64,000 nt of DNA from Marispirochaeta sp. (lineage in GTDB: Bacteria; Spirochaetota; Spirochaetia; JC444; Marispirochaetaceae), in NCBI GenBank assembly GCA_963676835.2, contig CAXXFF010000003.1:224001-288000 (forward strand), read 5' to 3'. Below are positions 47,502-57,407 of the stretch, in pieces. Each line of letters starts with the position of its first letter. Position 1 is the stretch's first letter. A program made the translations under genes and the position numbers. Below the pieces are notes generated by a model. The model was not told where the DNA came from and did no database searches. It saw nothing but the letters and a program-made list of their open reading frames with translations.

Positions 47502-49259
47502 CTACATCCCTGCCTTGTTATCAGGTTTTACCGCATATGCTTCAAAGGTGTCGCCAAGGTACATTTTCTTTGCAAAATATTGAGAGACAGGCCAGAAAAG
47601 ACATAACCACCCCGGAAAACGCTGTCGGTGTATCCCGGTTGCACGGAAATAGATCTTTCCAAACCCCAGGTTCTTCAGAATCTTTGCCGCAGATGACGGT
47701 GACCACAGGCTGTAATGGTCCCCGGGGCTATCGGCAAAAAAGACCTTTTTGCGGGTCCTCCGGGTAATACCATCTGCATTGGGAGTAGCAAAAGCCAGTA
47801 TACCTCCCGGTTTGAGCATGGCCATAAGCGCCGGCAGGATATTTGAGAGATTCTGAAAATGCTCAATTACGTACCAGAGGCTTATAACATCAAACTGCCT
47901 GCCGCTGTTTTCAGCAAGAAAATCTTCCAGCCCGCCGTTAAATACAGAGATATGCAGATTAACCTCAACCCACGCAGCAGCATCCGCTGCGGGTTCCACA
48001 CCAAAACAGCTGAAACCCGCTTCTTCAGCGGCGGCAAGAAAAGGGCCATAGGCACACCCGATATCGAGTAATGTTTTTTGGTTTATTTTGCAGTCAAGGA
48101 TTTTATCGATTATCTTGAGTCTGGCCTTACCCATATCTTTTATGTGGCTAAAATCTTCCAGGTATGAACGCCCATACTGCCTGCTATAATCGTCAAAAAA
48201 ATAGTCTCTGTTGTACAGGGTATTGTCGGGGACCCAGGGCTGCTGGTAGATAAGCGAACAATGAGTGCACTTAAAGAAGGTACGCGCCGGTATTCGGCTT
48301 ACCACCCTTCCCCGGGATTCGCCGCATACAGGACAGACCGGCCTTCGCGGCATAAGCTCCGCCGGATGAATGCCTTCTGATGGCAATACCCTCTCCATTT
48401 TACGTGCACGTGATATTTCGTATGTTTTGACAAGTCTTATAAGTCGCTTCCGTTTTACCTTACCGGTTCCGGAAACAGGTATACCCAGAAGCCCTGCCAG
48501 GCGGCTGTGGTATCTGCTCGGATTAACGGTTACCACAGATACACCTGCGTAGACCGCTTCAAGAGCGGTAAGCCCATAGGAACAGACAAGCAGATCGTAG
48601 TCTGCCAGTTTCTCTTTAAGATTTTCCGGTTTAAACAGGCAGGAGACCCCTTCCGGCAGCTCATTCTTAAGAACACTATCTGCGCAGACAACAGTAAGAT
48701 CACCTTCTTCTGATTCAACCAAAGACATAAGCGCCTGGACTGTCGGCCGGGTTAATCCAGCCGGATCTTCGCCGCCGAAGGAGATAAGAACACGCCTGTG
48801 GGATGTTTTTCCCGGAAGTTTTTCCTTTTTATGTGCCGGAATCAGGACCGGGTCTTCCCAGAACAGATTAATTTCTCCCTGTTTCAAAACGGGAAGAGAC
48901 TGAATCAGGTAGTCAAACCTGAACCCGCCGGTATGGTATTCATCCCGGCCGGCTACCGGGGCAAGTTCCTTAAGCCAGGCCAACAGTGAATCATCGGTTT
49001 GCCGCTGATCCAGCAGAATATAGCGCCAGGAACTTTTCAAAACTTCCTCCCGGCTAACCAATAGCTCAGGAGGCAGGTTAAATCGTTGAACATCGATGGT
49101 ATGATCAAGAGCTTCCTTGTCAATGGAAGAGACGCCTCTGTCGATATAGAGCCTGAACCGTTCCGGATATGCTTGAGCAAGAGCTATACTGCGGACAAGA
49201 TGGCCGCTTCCGTTTCCTTTCCGCACAGATGGAACGATAAGAATCAGCCCGGAGAACAT
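47502..49259 (-). CDS. PseG/SpsG-like GT-B domain fused to Zn-ribbon and class I SAM methyltransferase
   Basis: GSGHLVRSIALA, ISFGGEDP, CPVC..CTHC, LLDIGCAYG, VIEH, LKPGG. Confidence 0.8.
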   Translation of the reverse strand: MFSGLILIVPSVRKGNGSGHLVRSIALAQAYPERFRLYIDRGVSSIDKEALDHTIDVQRFNLPPELLVSREEVLKSSWRYILLDQRQTDDSLLAWLKELAPVAGRDEYHTGGFRFDYLIQSLPVLKQGEINLFWEDPVLIPAHKKEKLPGKTSHRRVLISFGGEDPAGLTRPTVQALMSLVESEEGDLTVVCADSVLKNELPEGVSCLFKPENLKEKLADYDLLVCSYGLTALEAVYAGVSVVTVNPSRYHSRLAGLLGIPVSGTGKVKRKRLIRLVKTYEISRARKMERVLPSEGIHPAELMPRRPVCPVCGESRGRVVSRIPARTFFKCTHCSLIYQQPWVPDNTLYNRDYFFDDYSRQYGRSYLEDFSHIKDMGKARLKIIDKILDCKINQKTLLDIGCAYGPFLAAAEEAGFSCFGVEPAADAAAWVEVNLHISVFNGGLEDFLAENSGRQFDVISLWYVIEHFQNLSNILPALMAMLKPGGILAFATPNADGITRRTRKKVFFADSPGDHYSLWSPSSAAKILKNLGFGKIYFRATGIHRQRFPGWLCLFWPVSQYFAKKMYLGDTFEAYAVKPDNKAGM

Positions 49260-49260
49260 C

Positions 49261-49971
49261 TTATTTCTCCAGCGCAAGTGATTGAGAGTATTCGGCTTTT
49301 TCTGCAGCGGCACGGAGAAAACCGGTCAGATCTGCAATCTTGACAGGACTGCCGGAATAGAGACGGCAAAACAGGGAAAAAACTTTTTTATATTCGTCCA
49401 GGGTATCCATAGTTACCGAAGAACCGGGAACACACCACGCAGATGGAGCCGCTTTTCTGGTTATCCGGAATCTTTCAGGCCTTCGATATAGAAATGGACA
49501 GACATGTTCACGTTCATACAGATCGGATGCTTCATTATCTGCCTGAAGGATCGCAGCTGCTGCCACGACTTCTACACCGGTACCCAGAGGTGTATCGTTC
49601 AGACCGGCATAATCCGCATTGTCTTTAAAGAAAAGCTCCAGTGTTTTTTCTGCGACCTCAGCACTTACCAGCGGATTATCACCTGTGGCACGCACAACAG
49701 TGCTCAACCCGTAAGTACGTATAACCTCGGCATAGCGGTTGAGAACATCATCAGGAGACCCGATAAAAAGATCAAAACCGGCAGCCTCTGTTTCCGCCTT
49801 CAGAAGGGGTGCACTTTCCGCATCGGTAGCAAGGATAAATTTATCGACTCCGGAGGTCTCCTTTAAAGCATCCATAGCTCTGCGGACTACCGGTCTTCCG
49901 CAAAGATCGAGCATCGCCTTTCCGGGGAGCCTGGAAGAACCGATCCGGGCCTGAAGTACCACACCGGTCAT
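49261..49971 (-). CDS. SpsF-like cytidylyltransferase
   Basis: LQARIGSSRLPGK, GSPDDVLNRY, RATGDNP, REHV. Confidence 0.88.
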   Translation of the reverse strand: MTGVVLQARIGSSRLPGKAMLDLCGRPVVRRAMDALKETSGVDKFILATDAESAPLLKAETEAAGFDLFIGSPDDVLNRYAEVIRTYGLSTVVRATGDNPLVSAEVAEKTLELFFKDNADYAGLNDTPLGTGVEVVAAAAILQADNEASDLYEREHVCPFLYRRPERFRITRKAAPSAWCVPGSSVTMDTLDEYKKVFSLFCRLYSGSPVKIADLTGFLRAAAEKAEYSQSLALEK

Positions 49972-50927
49972 ACCTCCGGGACCTCCCACAGATCTGTTAT
50001 ACGCCGGGCGTCCTGTACAAAACGGTACTGATGCAGCTTGACCCAGCTGCGTATGACCTTAAACTCCCGGAATGCTTCCGCAAAAGAAGCTCCCCCCCGG
50101 AGGTAATAGCTTAAAAAACGTGTTAGCGGCAGAATACCGCGGTCTTTATCAAACTTTGGAAAGAGATTTTTCAGGTAAAAACGCCGGTAACCTGCATCCG
50201 GGGTGGTATCGTCAACTTCCGTTTCCGCAGTCATGGTAATGCGGAACTGGTTGGATGAGTTTATCTTCTCACCCCACAGGTGGGCTCTGAATCCGAAGTC
50301 AAGCAGCTGCCAGTACGGGTTTGAAATAAGCGGGTCAAAGCCTTCAAGCAGCTGAAAACTCTGCCTGCGGTACAGTCCGCAATGATCATAGGGAAAAAGA
50401 GAGGGAACTGATTCTCCCTTTGGAACAAAAGGAAGCACTTTCAATCTTTTTTTCTGAAACCCCGGGGAGATAATACTGGGAATCATCTCATTTTTCTGGT
50501 TTGAAAGAACAGGCACCGAGCAGAGCCCCGTATTTTCCGCCACCCGCTCAAGTACTTTCAGACTGATCTGATTCAGCTTCATATCGTTCCAGACCACCAG
50601 AACAAAGGTTCCGGAAGCCTCTTCCATACCGAGATTGAGATATTCGCCTATGCTTACCGGTTCATGAAGCCTGATAAAACGGATATCGGGATGCTTCCTC
50701 GCCAGAGGCTCAAGATCATAATTATTCCGGACTCCTTCAATGCTGATAATTTCAGCCGGCAGCAGGTGTTCCATTCCGGCAAGGGTCTCACTCCGATGAA
50801 CCCGGGTTCCCCGGTTAAGCAGCAGGATTGAGAGGGGACGTTCTGCTGCGGCATCTCCGCCGCGGGAACCGCCGAGAACGGTATAGGTATGCTTAAGATC
50901 CTTAGTAGTTGTAGGTGTAGTACTCAT
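49968..50927 (-). CDS. GT-A/GT2-like hypothetical protein
   Basis: LNLGMEEASG.FVLVVWND, GFDP, DFGFRAHLWG; overlaps both neighbours. Confidence 0.7.
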   Translation of the reverse strand: MSTTPTTTKDLKHTYTVLGGSRGGDAAAERPLSILLLNRGTRVHRSETLAGMEHLLPAEIISIEGVRNNYDLEPLARKHPDIRFIRLHEPVSIGEYLNLGMEEASGTFVLVVWNDMKLNQISLKVLERVAENTGLCSVPVLSNQKNEMIPSIISPGFQKKRLKVLPFVPKGESVPSLFPYDHCGLYRRQSFQLLEGFDPLISNPYWQLLDFGFRAHLWGEKINSSNQFRITMTAETEVDDTTPDAGYRRFYLKNLFPKFDKDRGILPLTRFLSYYLRGGASFAEAFREFKVIRSWVKLHQYRFVQDARRITDLWEVPEV

Positions 50928-52419
50928 CACACTCTCTGCATATTTCAAGCAGGTCTCCGTTCAGCTGCTTTTCATAATACTCGCGGCCTTTTTCCCAGAC
51001 CGACTCGATACCATCAGTTAATACATTACCCAGAATATATTTACTCTTAATATCTTCCCTGCAGACCGGAACATCACCATTCAGCAGTACCGTTATATCA
51101 CGCTTCATATGCCAGCATGCATTCCGGTTATAGGGAGAGATATCCGCAATTCTTCTCTGCGGCAGGCAGCCTGAAAAATAATCATACTTCTGAATAATGA
51201 TATTCTCTGTTTTTTCTTTCCAGTAGCGGTAGAAAAGCTCCAGTTCTTCTTCATTTGTATCCATCCGTACCGCCTGAACAAAGGCAGTTCCGGGAAAAAG
51301 AGCAAGAAGCTTTTCGAAGAACAGTTTAGCCTCAGCAAAGCCGGCACCCCGGAGTTTCCGGTAGACAGCTTCGCTATGTGCATCAAGAGAGACTATCCAG
51401 GTGATCAAATCACCATACTTTTCTGAAAGAGCAGAAACAGCTGTACCGTCCCACCCCAGACCGGAAGTTTCAATAACCGCCCTGAGCCCCCGGCTGCAAA
51501 CCGCATCTATGATTGCTTCAATTTCAGGGTGCATGGAGGGTTCTCCCCAGGGGGAAAGATTGACATAGCCCGTATCTGCAAAGGAGACAAACTGATTGAT
51601 AATATTTTGAAAACTTTCCAGGGGCATATACCTGTCAGATTTTATTGCATCTCCCGCAATGGATGGATACGGACAATATGAACACTCCTGAGGACATGCA
51701 GCCGTTACCTGTACAGAGAGATAATAGGGCAATGTGCGCAGGGGCTTCTGATTTTCATTCAGTTTGTTAAGGATTTCAATCGAGGTTTGCGGACCATCCT
51801 CCATGAGGGAACATAGTAGTCCGTAGCCGGCTTTATCGTCAGCGGTCAGTGCTATACGCAAAAGACGCAGATCCAGGGGAGGAATCTCTGTTTCTATTTC
51901 GAAGGCGTTTATATCCTTTCGTAAAACTTCAAAGATTGTGTCCCGCCGGATACCGGTTTGCATATCCTTTGCAAGACCCGCCAGTGGACCAATGGTAGTA
52001 CTGCGCAGGATCTCCGGTGCAAGACCCACAGGATATGCATCGGCGAAGGTGAAATCCGCCCGGTAGCGCCGGTGGTTATCCAGCATTCTTACCGTCAACT
52101 CGGGATCGAGCAAGGGAGTGTCTCCGTAAAAATAGATAACAGAATCATCGGAACTTAATTCCGTAGCAATGTCCGCAAGGGAACTCATCAATTCTGCCAC
52201 ACTGCTTATATCGGAAACAATCTTAATCTGCTGCGAATCGGATGGAAGAGATTCTGTATCTTTACCCCGAATACAGTAGATTGATGAAATATCAGGAAGT
52301 GCTGATGCATATTCCAGAACACACTGGAATGCAGTTTGCTCACTATTTTTTGCGCTGTTTAAAGGCAGGAACGCATACCTGGACAGCGAAATACAATTAA
52401 TAACAGCGATATTTGCCAT
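50902..52419 (-). CDS. spiro-SPASM radical SAM protein
   Basis: Nucleotidyltransferase-like N-terminus (GDTPLLD, YPVGLAPE), CPQECSYC, GEPSMHP, SPASM C..(GDVPVC)..CREC. Confidence 0.85.
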   Translation of the reverse strand: MANIAVINCISLSRYAFLPLNSAKNSEQTAFQCVLEYASALPDISSIYCIRGKDTESLPSDSQQIKIVSDISSVAELMSSLADIATELSSDDSVIYFYGDTPLLDPELTVRMLDNHRRYRADFTFADAYPVGLAPEILRSTTIGPLAGLAKDMQTGIRRDTIFEVLRKDINAFEIETEIPPLDLRLLRIALTADDKAGYGLLCSLMEDGPQTSIEILNKLNENQKPLRTLPYYLSVQVTAACPQECSYCPYPSIAGDAIKSDRYMPLESFQNIINQFVSFADTGYVNLSPWGEPSMHPEIEAIIDAVCSRGLRAVIETSGLGWDGTAVSALSEKYGDLITWIVSLDAHSEAVYRKLRGAGFAEAKLFFEKLLALFPGTAFVQAVRMDTNEEELELFYRYWKEKTENIIIQKYDYFSGCLPQRRIADISPYNRNACWHMKRDITVLLNGDVPVCREDIKSKYILGNVLTDGIESVWEKGREYYEKQLNGDLLEICRECDEYYTYNY

Positions 52420-52551
52420 ATAAATACAGTATCGACACAGGAATTGCCGTCGCTTAGCCTATATTCCAGACGGCTTCCTGAAAACCCGATACCCCTCCCT
52501 GTTTTACATTCTACCCCAATTACAGTAGTATACACAAAGGGTTTTAAGATT

Positions 52552-52842
52552 ATGGATTCCTGGTACAGTACAGATGCGGAGCAGACAATAATAAACTGCA
52601 AGGTTATTCCTTCGGCGTCGCGAAACGGCTTTGGCGGAGTGCGTAACGGAGAGCTTGTGGTTCGGGTTAATGCCCCCCCTGAAAAAGGTAAGGCTAATAA
52701 GGAACTGATTAAATTCCTGGCGAAATCCCTTGGTATCGGACGAAGTGCATTAAGCCTTGTATCCGGAGACACATCCAGGAACAAACGGGTTTCCGTAAAT
52801 TATCCTTTAAGCAGGGAAATGCTGAAGACTCTTTGCCCCTAA
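52552..52842 (+). CDS. DUF167/YggU-family protein
   Basis: VIPSASR, VRVNAPPEKGKANKELI, SGDTSRNK. Confidence 0.88.
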   Translation: MDSWYSTDAEQTIINCKVIPSASRNGFGGVRNGELVVRVNAPPEKGKANKELIKFLAKSLGIGRSALSLVSGDTSRNKRVSVNYPLSREMLKTLCP

Positions 52843-52861
52843 TATATTCAGGAGGACTGAC

Positions 52862-53632
52862 TTGACTATGGTTCAGGGTGAAGTACCCATTTTAGAGAAC
52901 AGAGAAATAGCCAGAGACTATTATCAGCTGGTTTTTAAAACAACAACATTCGGCAAAGGTACAGTACTGCCCGGTCAGTTTCTTACCATTCGAATAAGTG
53001 ATTCCACAGCTCCCCTTCTGAGGCGCCCCTTTGCCTTCTCTTCATGGGACAATGATACCGCAAGTATTATCTACCAGAGGAGAGGACCAGGGACTGAAGC
53101 GCTGGCAGGAAAACACGGGGGAGATAAAATCGATATTATCGCTCCCCTGGGAAACAGCTGGCCTGCTCCCGCAGCAGGAGAAACGGCGGTACTGGTTGCC
53201 GGGGGAATCGGCATGGGCCCCATACTGTTCCAGGCTGCGGCTTACAAGGCAGAGGGAATCTCCTTCAAACTCATAGTTGGAGCAAGAACATCCGCCTTTC
53301 TTCCATCCGACGGAATCCTTGAAGAGCTTGATGCCGTTATAGCCACAGACGACGGAAGCCGCGGTCTTCAGGGCACCGTAAGCAATGCACTGGAAACCCT
53401 GAAGATCAGCAAGCCCCATTATTATGCCTGCGGCCCCCACCCCATGATGAAAGCCGTTCATGACCGGGCAGTAATTGATGATAATCCCTGTACTGTATCC
53501 ATGGAGCAGACCATGGCCTGCGGTGTAGGCGCATGTATGGGCTGTGTTATTCAGCTGACAGGCACAGACCGATACGCCAGGGTTTGTGCAGATGGACCGA
53601 TCTTTGACAGCAGGGAGATTCTATGGACCTGA
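52862..53632 (+). CDS. pyrK: Dihydroorotate dehydrogenase B electron transfer subunit
   Basis: PGQF, LRRPF, AGGIG, CGPHPM, MACGVGACMGC, VCADGPIF. Confidence 0.93.
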   Translation: MTMVQGEVPILENREIARDYYQLVFKTTTFGKGTVLPGQFLTIRISDSTAPLLRRPFAFSSWDNDTASIIYQRRGPGTEALAGKHGGDKIDIIAPLGNSWPAPAAGETAVLVAGGIGMGPILFQAAAYKAEGISFKLIVGARTSAFLPSDGILEELDAVIATDDGSRGLQGTVSNALETLKISKPHYYACGPHPMMKAVHDRAVIDDNPCTVSMEQTMACGVGACMGCVIQLTGTDRYARVCADGPIFDSREILWT

Positions 53633-54528
53633 AAGTACACATCGGCAGCGGCACTCTCCCGAATCCCGTAGGTGTTGCCTCGGGAACCTTCGGTTACGGC
53701 AGCGAATATGAACAGCTTATCGACCTGAGTATTCTCGGCGGCATCTACTCAAAGGCTGTAACGCCTGAACCACGCCCGGGGAATGGGATTCCCCGCATTA
53801 TTGAAACCCCCTCTGGACTGCTCAACTCCATAGGACTTGCAAATGTGGGCCTTGAACGCTTTAAGACTGACAAGCTGCCCATGTTCCGCAAATTCCCCTG
53901 CCCGGTAATTGTAAATGTTGCAGGCAAAGCGGATGAAGACTACCTGCAGGTGACCCGGGAACTGTCTGAAGCGGAAGAGATCTGGGGATTTGAAATCAAT
54001 TTAAGCTGCCCCAACGTAAAAGAAGGCTGCCTTGCCTTCGGCAGCGACCCGGGGTATGTGGAGAGGCTCACGAAGAAAATCCGCGATCTTACCACAAAGC
54101 CGGTAATTATTAAACTGACACCCAATGTTACGGATATCAGCACCATAGCAAAGGCTGCTGAAGCAGGCGGTGCGGACGGAATATCCTGCATAAATACCCT
54201 TATCGGTATGGTGATTGATACCCGCACCAGAAAACCGGTGCTTCCCGCAGGTACCGGAGGTTTGTCCGGTCCGGCAATCCGCCCGGTGGGAGTTGCAGCA
54301 GTCTACAAAGTAAGCCGGGCGGTGAAAATTCCGGTTATCGGTATCGGTGGAATAGCTACTGCAGACGATGCAATCCAGTATCTTCTCGCAGGAGCATCGG
54401 CCATTCAGGTGGGGACAGCAACCTTTGTGGACCCCTCAGCCCCGGTAAAAATTCTTTCCGGAATCGAAGACTATATGGCCCTTTCCGGCGTACAGACAAT
54501 AGAGGATCTTCACGGCTTTATTGATTAG
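53623..54528 (+). CDS. pyrD: Dihydroorotate dehydrogenase B catalytic subunit
   Basis: ASGTFGYG, NSIGLAN, NLSCPN, KLTPN, INT, GGLSG. Confidence 0.95.
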   Translation: MDLKVHIGSGTLPNPVGVASGTFGYGSEYEQLIDLSILGGIYSKAVTPEPRPGNGIPRIIETPSGLLNSIGLANVGLERFKTDKLPMFRKFPCPVIVNVAGKADEDYLQVTRELSEAEEIWGFEINLSCPNVKEGCLAFGSDPGYVERLTKKIRDLTTKPVIIKLTPNVTDISTIAKAAEAGGADGISCINTLIGMVIDTRTRKPVLPAGTGGLSGPAIRPVGVAAVYKVSRAVKIPVIGIGGIATADDAIQYLLAGASAIQVGTATFVDPSAPVKILSGIEDYMALSGVQTIEDLHGFID

Positions 54529-55180
54529 GGCCAGTGCTGAAGTAGTCACATAATTGTTTTAAGGAACAATTACCGCAGTCGGGGTTTCTGGCAAAACAGA
54601 CATCCCGGCCGTAGTAATTTACCGTCATAGAAAATCGTGTCTGGTGCTCAGGGATTAGAAGCTCTTTGAGTTGACTCTCGATTTTTTCAGGATTTTTTGC
54701 TGAAGTTAATCCCAGACGCTGTACAACCCGGCTGAAATGGGTATCCACTATTATCGCCGGCTGCTGGTAAATATTTCCAAGAACAACATTTGCACTCTTG
54801 CGCCCTACTCCCGGCAAGGTAAGCAGGTCCTCCATCGTAGCCGGGACTTCTCCATCATAGTCTTCAACAAGTTTTTTAGCGGCACCTATTATACTCTTTG
54901 CTTTCTGCCGAAAGAACCCGGTGCTCCGTATAATTTCTTCTACACTCTCCGATTGAGCCTGCGAAAGTGCAGCTGCATCGGGAAACGTAGAAAACAGACT
55001 TTCCGATATCTCATTCACCTGACGGTCGGTGGTCTGGGCGGAAAGGATTACGCCGATAAGCAACTCGAAAGGGTTGCTGTATTTGAGCAGAACTCGCTGC
55101 TGATTGTAGTGTTTATCCAGAAGAGAAAAGATCTTTTCTGCTTTGATTTTAAGGCCTGTTTTGTCTTTGGATTTACTCAT
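54518..55180 (-). CDS. nth: Endonuclease III
   Basis: ILSAQTTD, LPGVGRKSANVV, VDTH, CFARNPDCGNCSLKQLC. Confidence 0.93.
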   Translation of the reverse strand: MSKSKDKTGLKIKAEKIFSLLDKHYNQQRVLLKYSNPFELLIGVILSAQTTDRQVNEISESLFSTFPDAAALSQAQSESVEEIIRSTGFFRQKAKSIIGAAKKLVEDYDGEVPATMEDLLTLPGVGRKSANVVLGNIYQQPAIIVDTHFSRVVQRLGLTSAKNPEKIESQLKELLIPEHQTRFSMTVNYYGRDVCFARNPDCGNCSLKQLCDYFSTGPNQ

Positions 55181-55233
55181 CTGATATTGAGTAAATCCCT
55201 TTTTAGAAAGCTGTGTCAATTGATCCAATCTTA

Positions 55234-55263
55234 TTGACCCTCTGCCGTAGATAACGGTATACT
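55234..55263 (+). promoter_or_regulatory. sigma70-like promoter of the tRNA pair
   Basis: TTGACC-N18-TATACT 12 nt before tRNA-Pro. Confidence 0.55.
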
Positions 55264-55275
55264 TGGCCACCTGTT

Positions 55276-55348
55276 CGGGATGTGGCCCAGTGGCTAGGGC
55301 ACCTGGTTTGGGACCAGGGGATCGGAGGTTCGAATCCTCTCATCCCGA
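55276..55348 (+). tRNA. tRNA-Pro(TGG), CCA not encoded
   Basis: CGGGATG/CATCCCG acceptor, CCTGG-TTTGGGA-CCAGG, GGTTCGAATCC. Confidence 0.95.
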
Positions 55349-55480
55349 CGTAACTATCGGAATGCAGGTGATTCAGAAATATCCTGTTTAACAGGATTTG
55401 AACCTTGGCGAGTGCTTTGTCTGTAAGACAAAGCGCCTGTCCGGAGTCGAAGACGCAGGATAAGAATCCTCTCATCCCGA
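55332..55480 (+). repeat. 17-bp direct repeat of the tRNA-Pro 3' end enclosing a palindromic spacer
   Basis: GAATCCTCTCATCCCGA at 55332-55348 and 55464-55480. Confidence 0.85.
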
Positions 55481-55491
55481 TTGAACAATTT

Positions 55492-55565
<74 letters not shown>

Positions 55566-55945
55566 CTTTTTAATTACTTGCCATATAACGACTTACAATG
55601 TTTTACTTGTCAATATTTTCACTCAAAAATGCTACGAGTGAGAAGACGAGTGAGACTCTTTCTGGGGGTAAATTCAGTTCTCTGTCTCTTTTAGGAGGTG
55701 ACAGATATGTCCACAGAAGATCGTTTCAGTATTCACTCTCGCTAGAAAAATAAAGGTCTGTACGACCATTTAACATAGTGATAAACCACGAAAAGCAAAC
55801 CTATACAACTACTTTATAAGATTTTACTATGAGGAGTATTGCCTAAACAGTAAAATTTTATGGAAATGTGAATCAAGAAGTGAGAACTTCATTTTACTGT
55901 GAGATAACAGTTACTTTTTGAAGTTAAGATCATATTGAACGCATC

Positions 55946-56132
55946 TTATTCACAAACTTTACCGAAATGTAGTTCTTTGTGACAATTTGGACATAGAGCC
56001 TGGGCATTATCAACCGAATCATCTCCTCCTGCTGCTAGTGGTAGTATATGGTGGACCTCTAAATATGGCGTGCCATCACTTGCTCGTAAGAATGGTGCTG
56101 ACTTTCTACATCTTTCACATATACCATCAGCA
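55946..56132 (-). pseudogene. C-terminal fragment of an McrA-like HNH endonuclease, truncated by IS3
   Basis: ADGICERCRKSAPF..DGTPYLEVHHILPLAAGGDDSVDNAQALCPNCHKELHFG. Confidence 0.85.
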
Positions 56133-56189
56133 TGGAATTCCCCCAAAATTGTCGACACCTGTTATGCTTAGAATCTAAGGAGAAATCAG

Positions 56190-56477
56190 GTGTCTAAGAG
56201 TCCATATTCGGAAGAATTTAAGGCAGAAACTATCAAGCAAATCATGGAAGAAGGCGTTGGCGTTTTGGCTGTTGCCAAGGCAACCGGTGTTAGCGACGTC
56301 ACCTTATACAAGTGGCTCAAAGTTGCCGGGTGGAAATCAGGCGAGTCAAAAGACAAAAAGAAAATTACTGAAGCTGACCAGGAAATAAAGGCGCTTAAGG
56401 CAGAGCTTAAGCAGGTCAAAATGGAGCGTGACATCCTAAAAAAGGCCGCAGCGTACTTTGCCGGGGAGTCCCTGTAA
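56190..56477 (+). CDS. IS3 OrfA (HTH)
   Basis: YSEEFKAE, TLYKW, MERDILKKAAAYFA; AAAAAAG slippery site at 56438-56444. Confidence 0.9.
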   Translation: MSKSPYSEEFKAETIKQIMEEGVGVLAVAKATGVSDVTLYKWLKVAGWKSGESKDKKKITEADQEIKALKAELKQVKMERDILKKAAAYFAGESL

Positions 56478-56515
56478 AGTACGCATTTATCAAAGAACAT
56501 CGTAGCACTTACCCG

Positions 56516-57334
56516 GTGCGACAGATGTGCAGGGCCATGAAAGTCCATCCATCAGGCTTCTATCGGTGGATTAAGAACCCAGAATCCAAACGAGCCATCC
56601 AAAACCGGGTAATAACCCAAGAGATCCGCCATTATTGGGAAGAAAGTGGAGGCACTTACGGAAGTCCCAATATTCATCAGGATTTCAAGGAGGCTGGCTA
56701 TTCTTACAGTGTTAACCGTATTGCGCGACTTATGAAAGAAGCAGGTATACAGGGTGCTCACCGCCGCAAAAAGCATCCTTACATTCCTCCAGAAGGACCT
56801 GTACACAGTCTTAATCAGCTCAATCGTGAGTTCACTGTTAGCGATCCTAATCGTGTCTGGTGTATCGACATAACATATATTCGAACCTGTGAGGGCTGGC
56901 TGTACCTGGCAGTTGTCATAGATCTGTTCAGCAGGCGAATAGTTGGATGGTCTATGAAGAGTAACCAGAAAACAGCCTTGGTCATGGATGCTTTGTTTAT
57001 GGCAGTCAAACGAAGACGGCCAAAACAGACAGTTCTAATTCACTCCGATCAAGGTACCCAGTTCACCAGCTATGAATGGGATAGCTTCTGTGAGTTCCAC
57101 AATTTGGATCCGAGTATGAGTCGAAGAGGCAATTGCTGGGATAATGCCGTTGTTGAATCCTTCTTCTCCAGCTTGAAAAAAGAACGGGTAAAGAAAAAAA
57201 TCTACAAAAACAGGGAGGTAGCACGCAAAGATATTTTCAATTACATAGAGTTATTTTACAATCCTAAAAGGCGGCATAGCCATTTGGACCGTCGAAGTCC
57301 GGCTCAATTCGAAGCTATGTATTTAACCCCGTAA
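56516..57334 (+). CDS. IS3 OrfB (DDE), probably expressed as an OrfAB -1 frameshift fusion
   Basis: WCIDITY, DLFSRRIVGW, HSDQG, GNCWDNAVVESFF. Confidence 0.92.
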   Translation: MRQMCRAMKVHPSGFYRWIKNPESKRAIQNRVITQEIRHYWEESGGTYGSPNIHQDFKEAGYSYSVNRIARLMKEAGIQGAHRRKKHPYIPPEGPVHSLNQLNREFTVSDPNRVWCIDITYIRTCEGWLYLAVVIDLFSRRIVGWSMKSNQKTALVMDALFMAVKRRRPKQTVLIHSDQGTQFTSYEWDSFCEFHNLDPSMSRRGNCWDNAVVESFFSSLKKERVKKKIYKNREVARKDIFNYIELFYNPKRRHSHLDRRSPAQFEAMYLTP

Positions 57335-57407
57335 AGTGTCGACAGAATCGGGGGAATTCCAGTGGTTACAATGTAACCGTCAATTAAACCTCACCCAGAG
57401 AAAAAAA

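Larger units (their letters stand above)
56133..57361 (+). mobile_element. IS3-family insertion sequence, 1229 bp
   Basis: IRs TGGAATTCCCCCAAAATTGTCGACAC / GTGTCGACAGAATCGGGGGAATTCCA; TG...CA ends; orfA/orfB; no target duplication. Confidence 0.92.
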
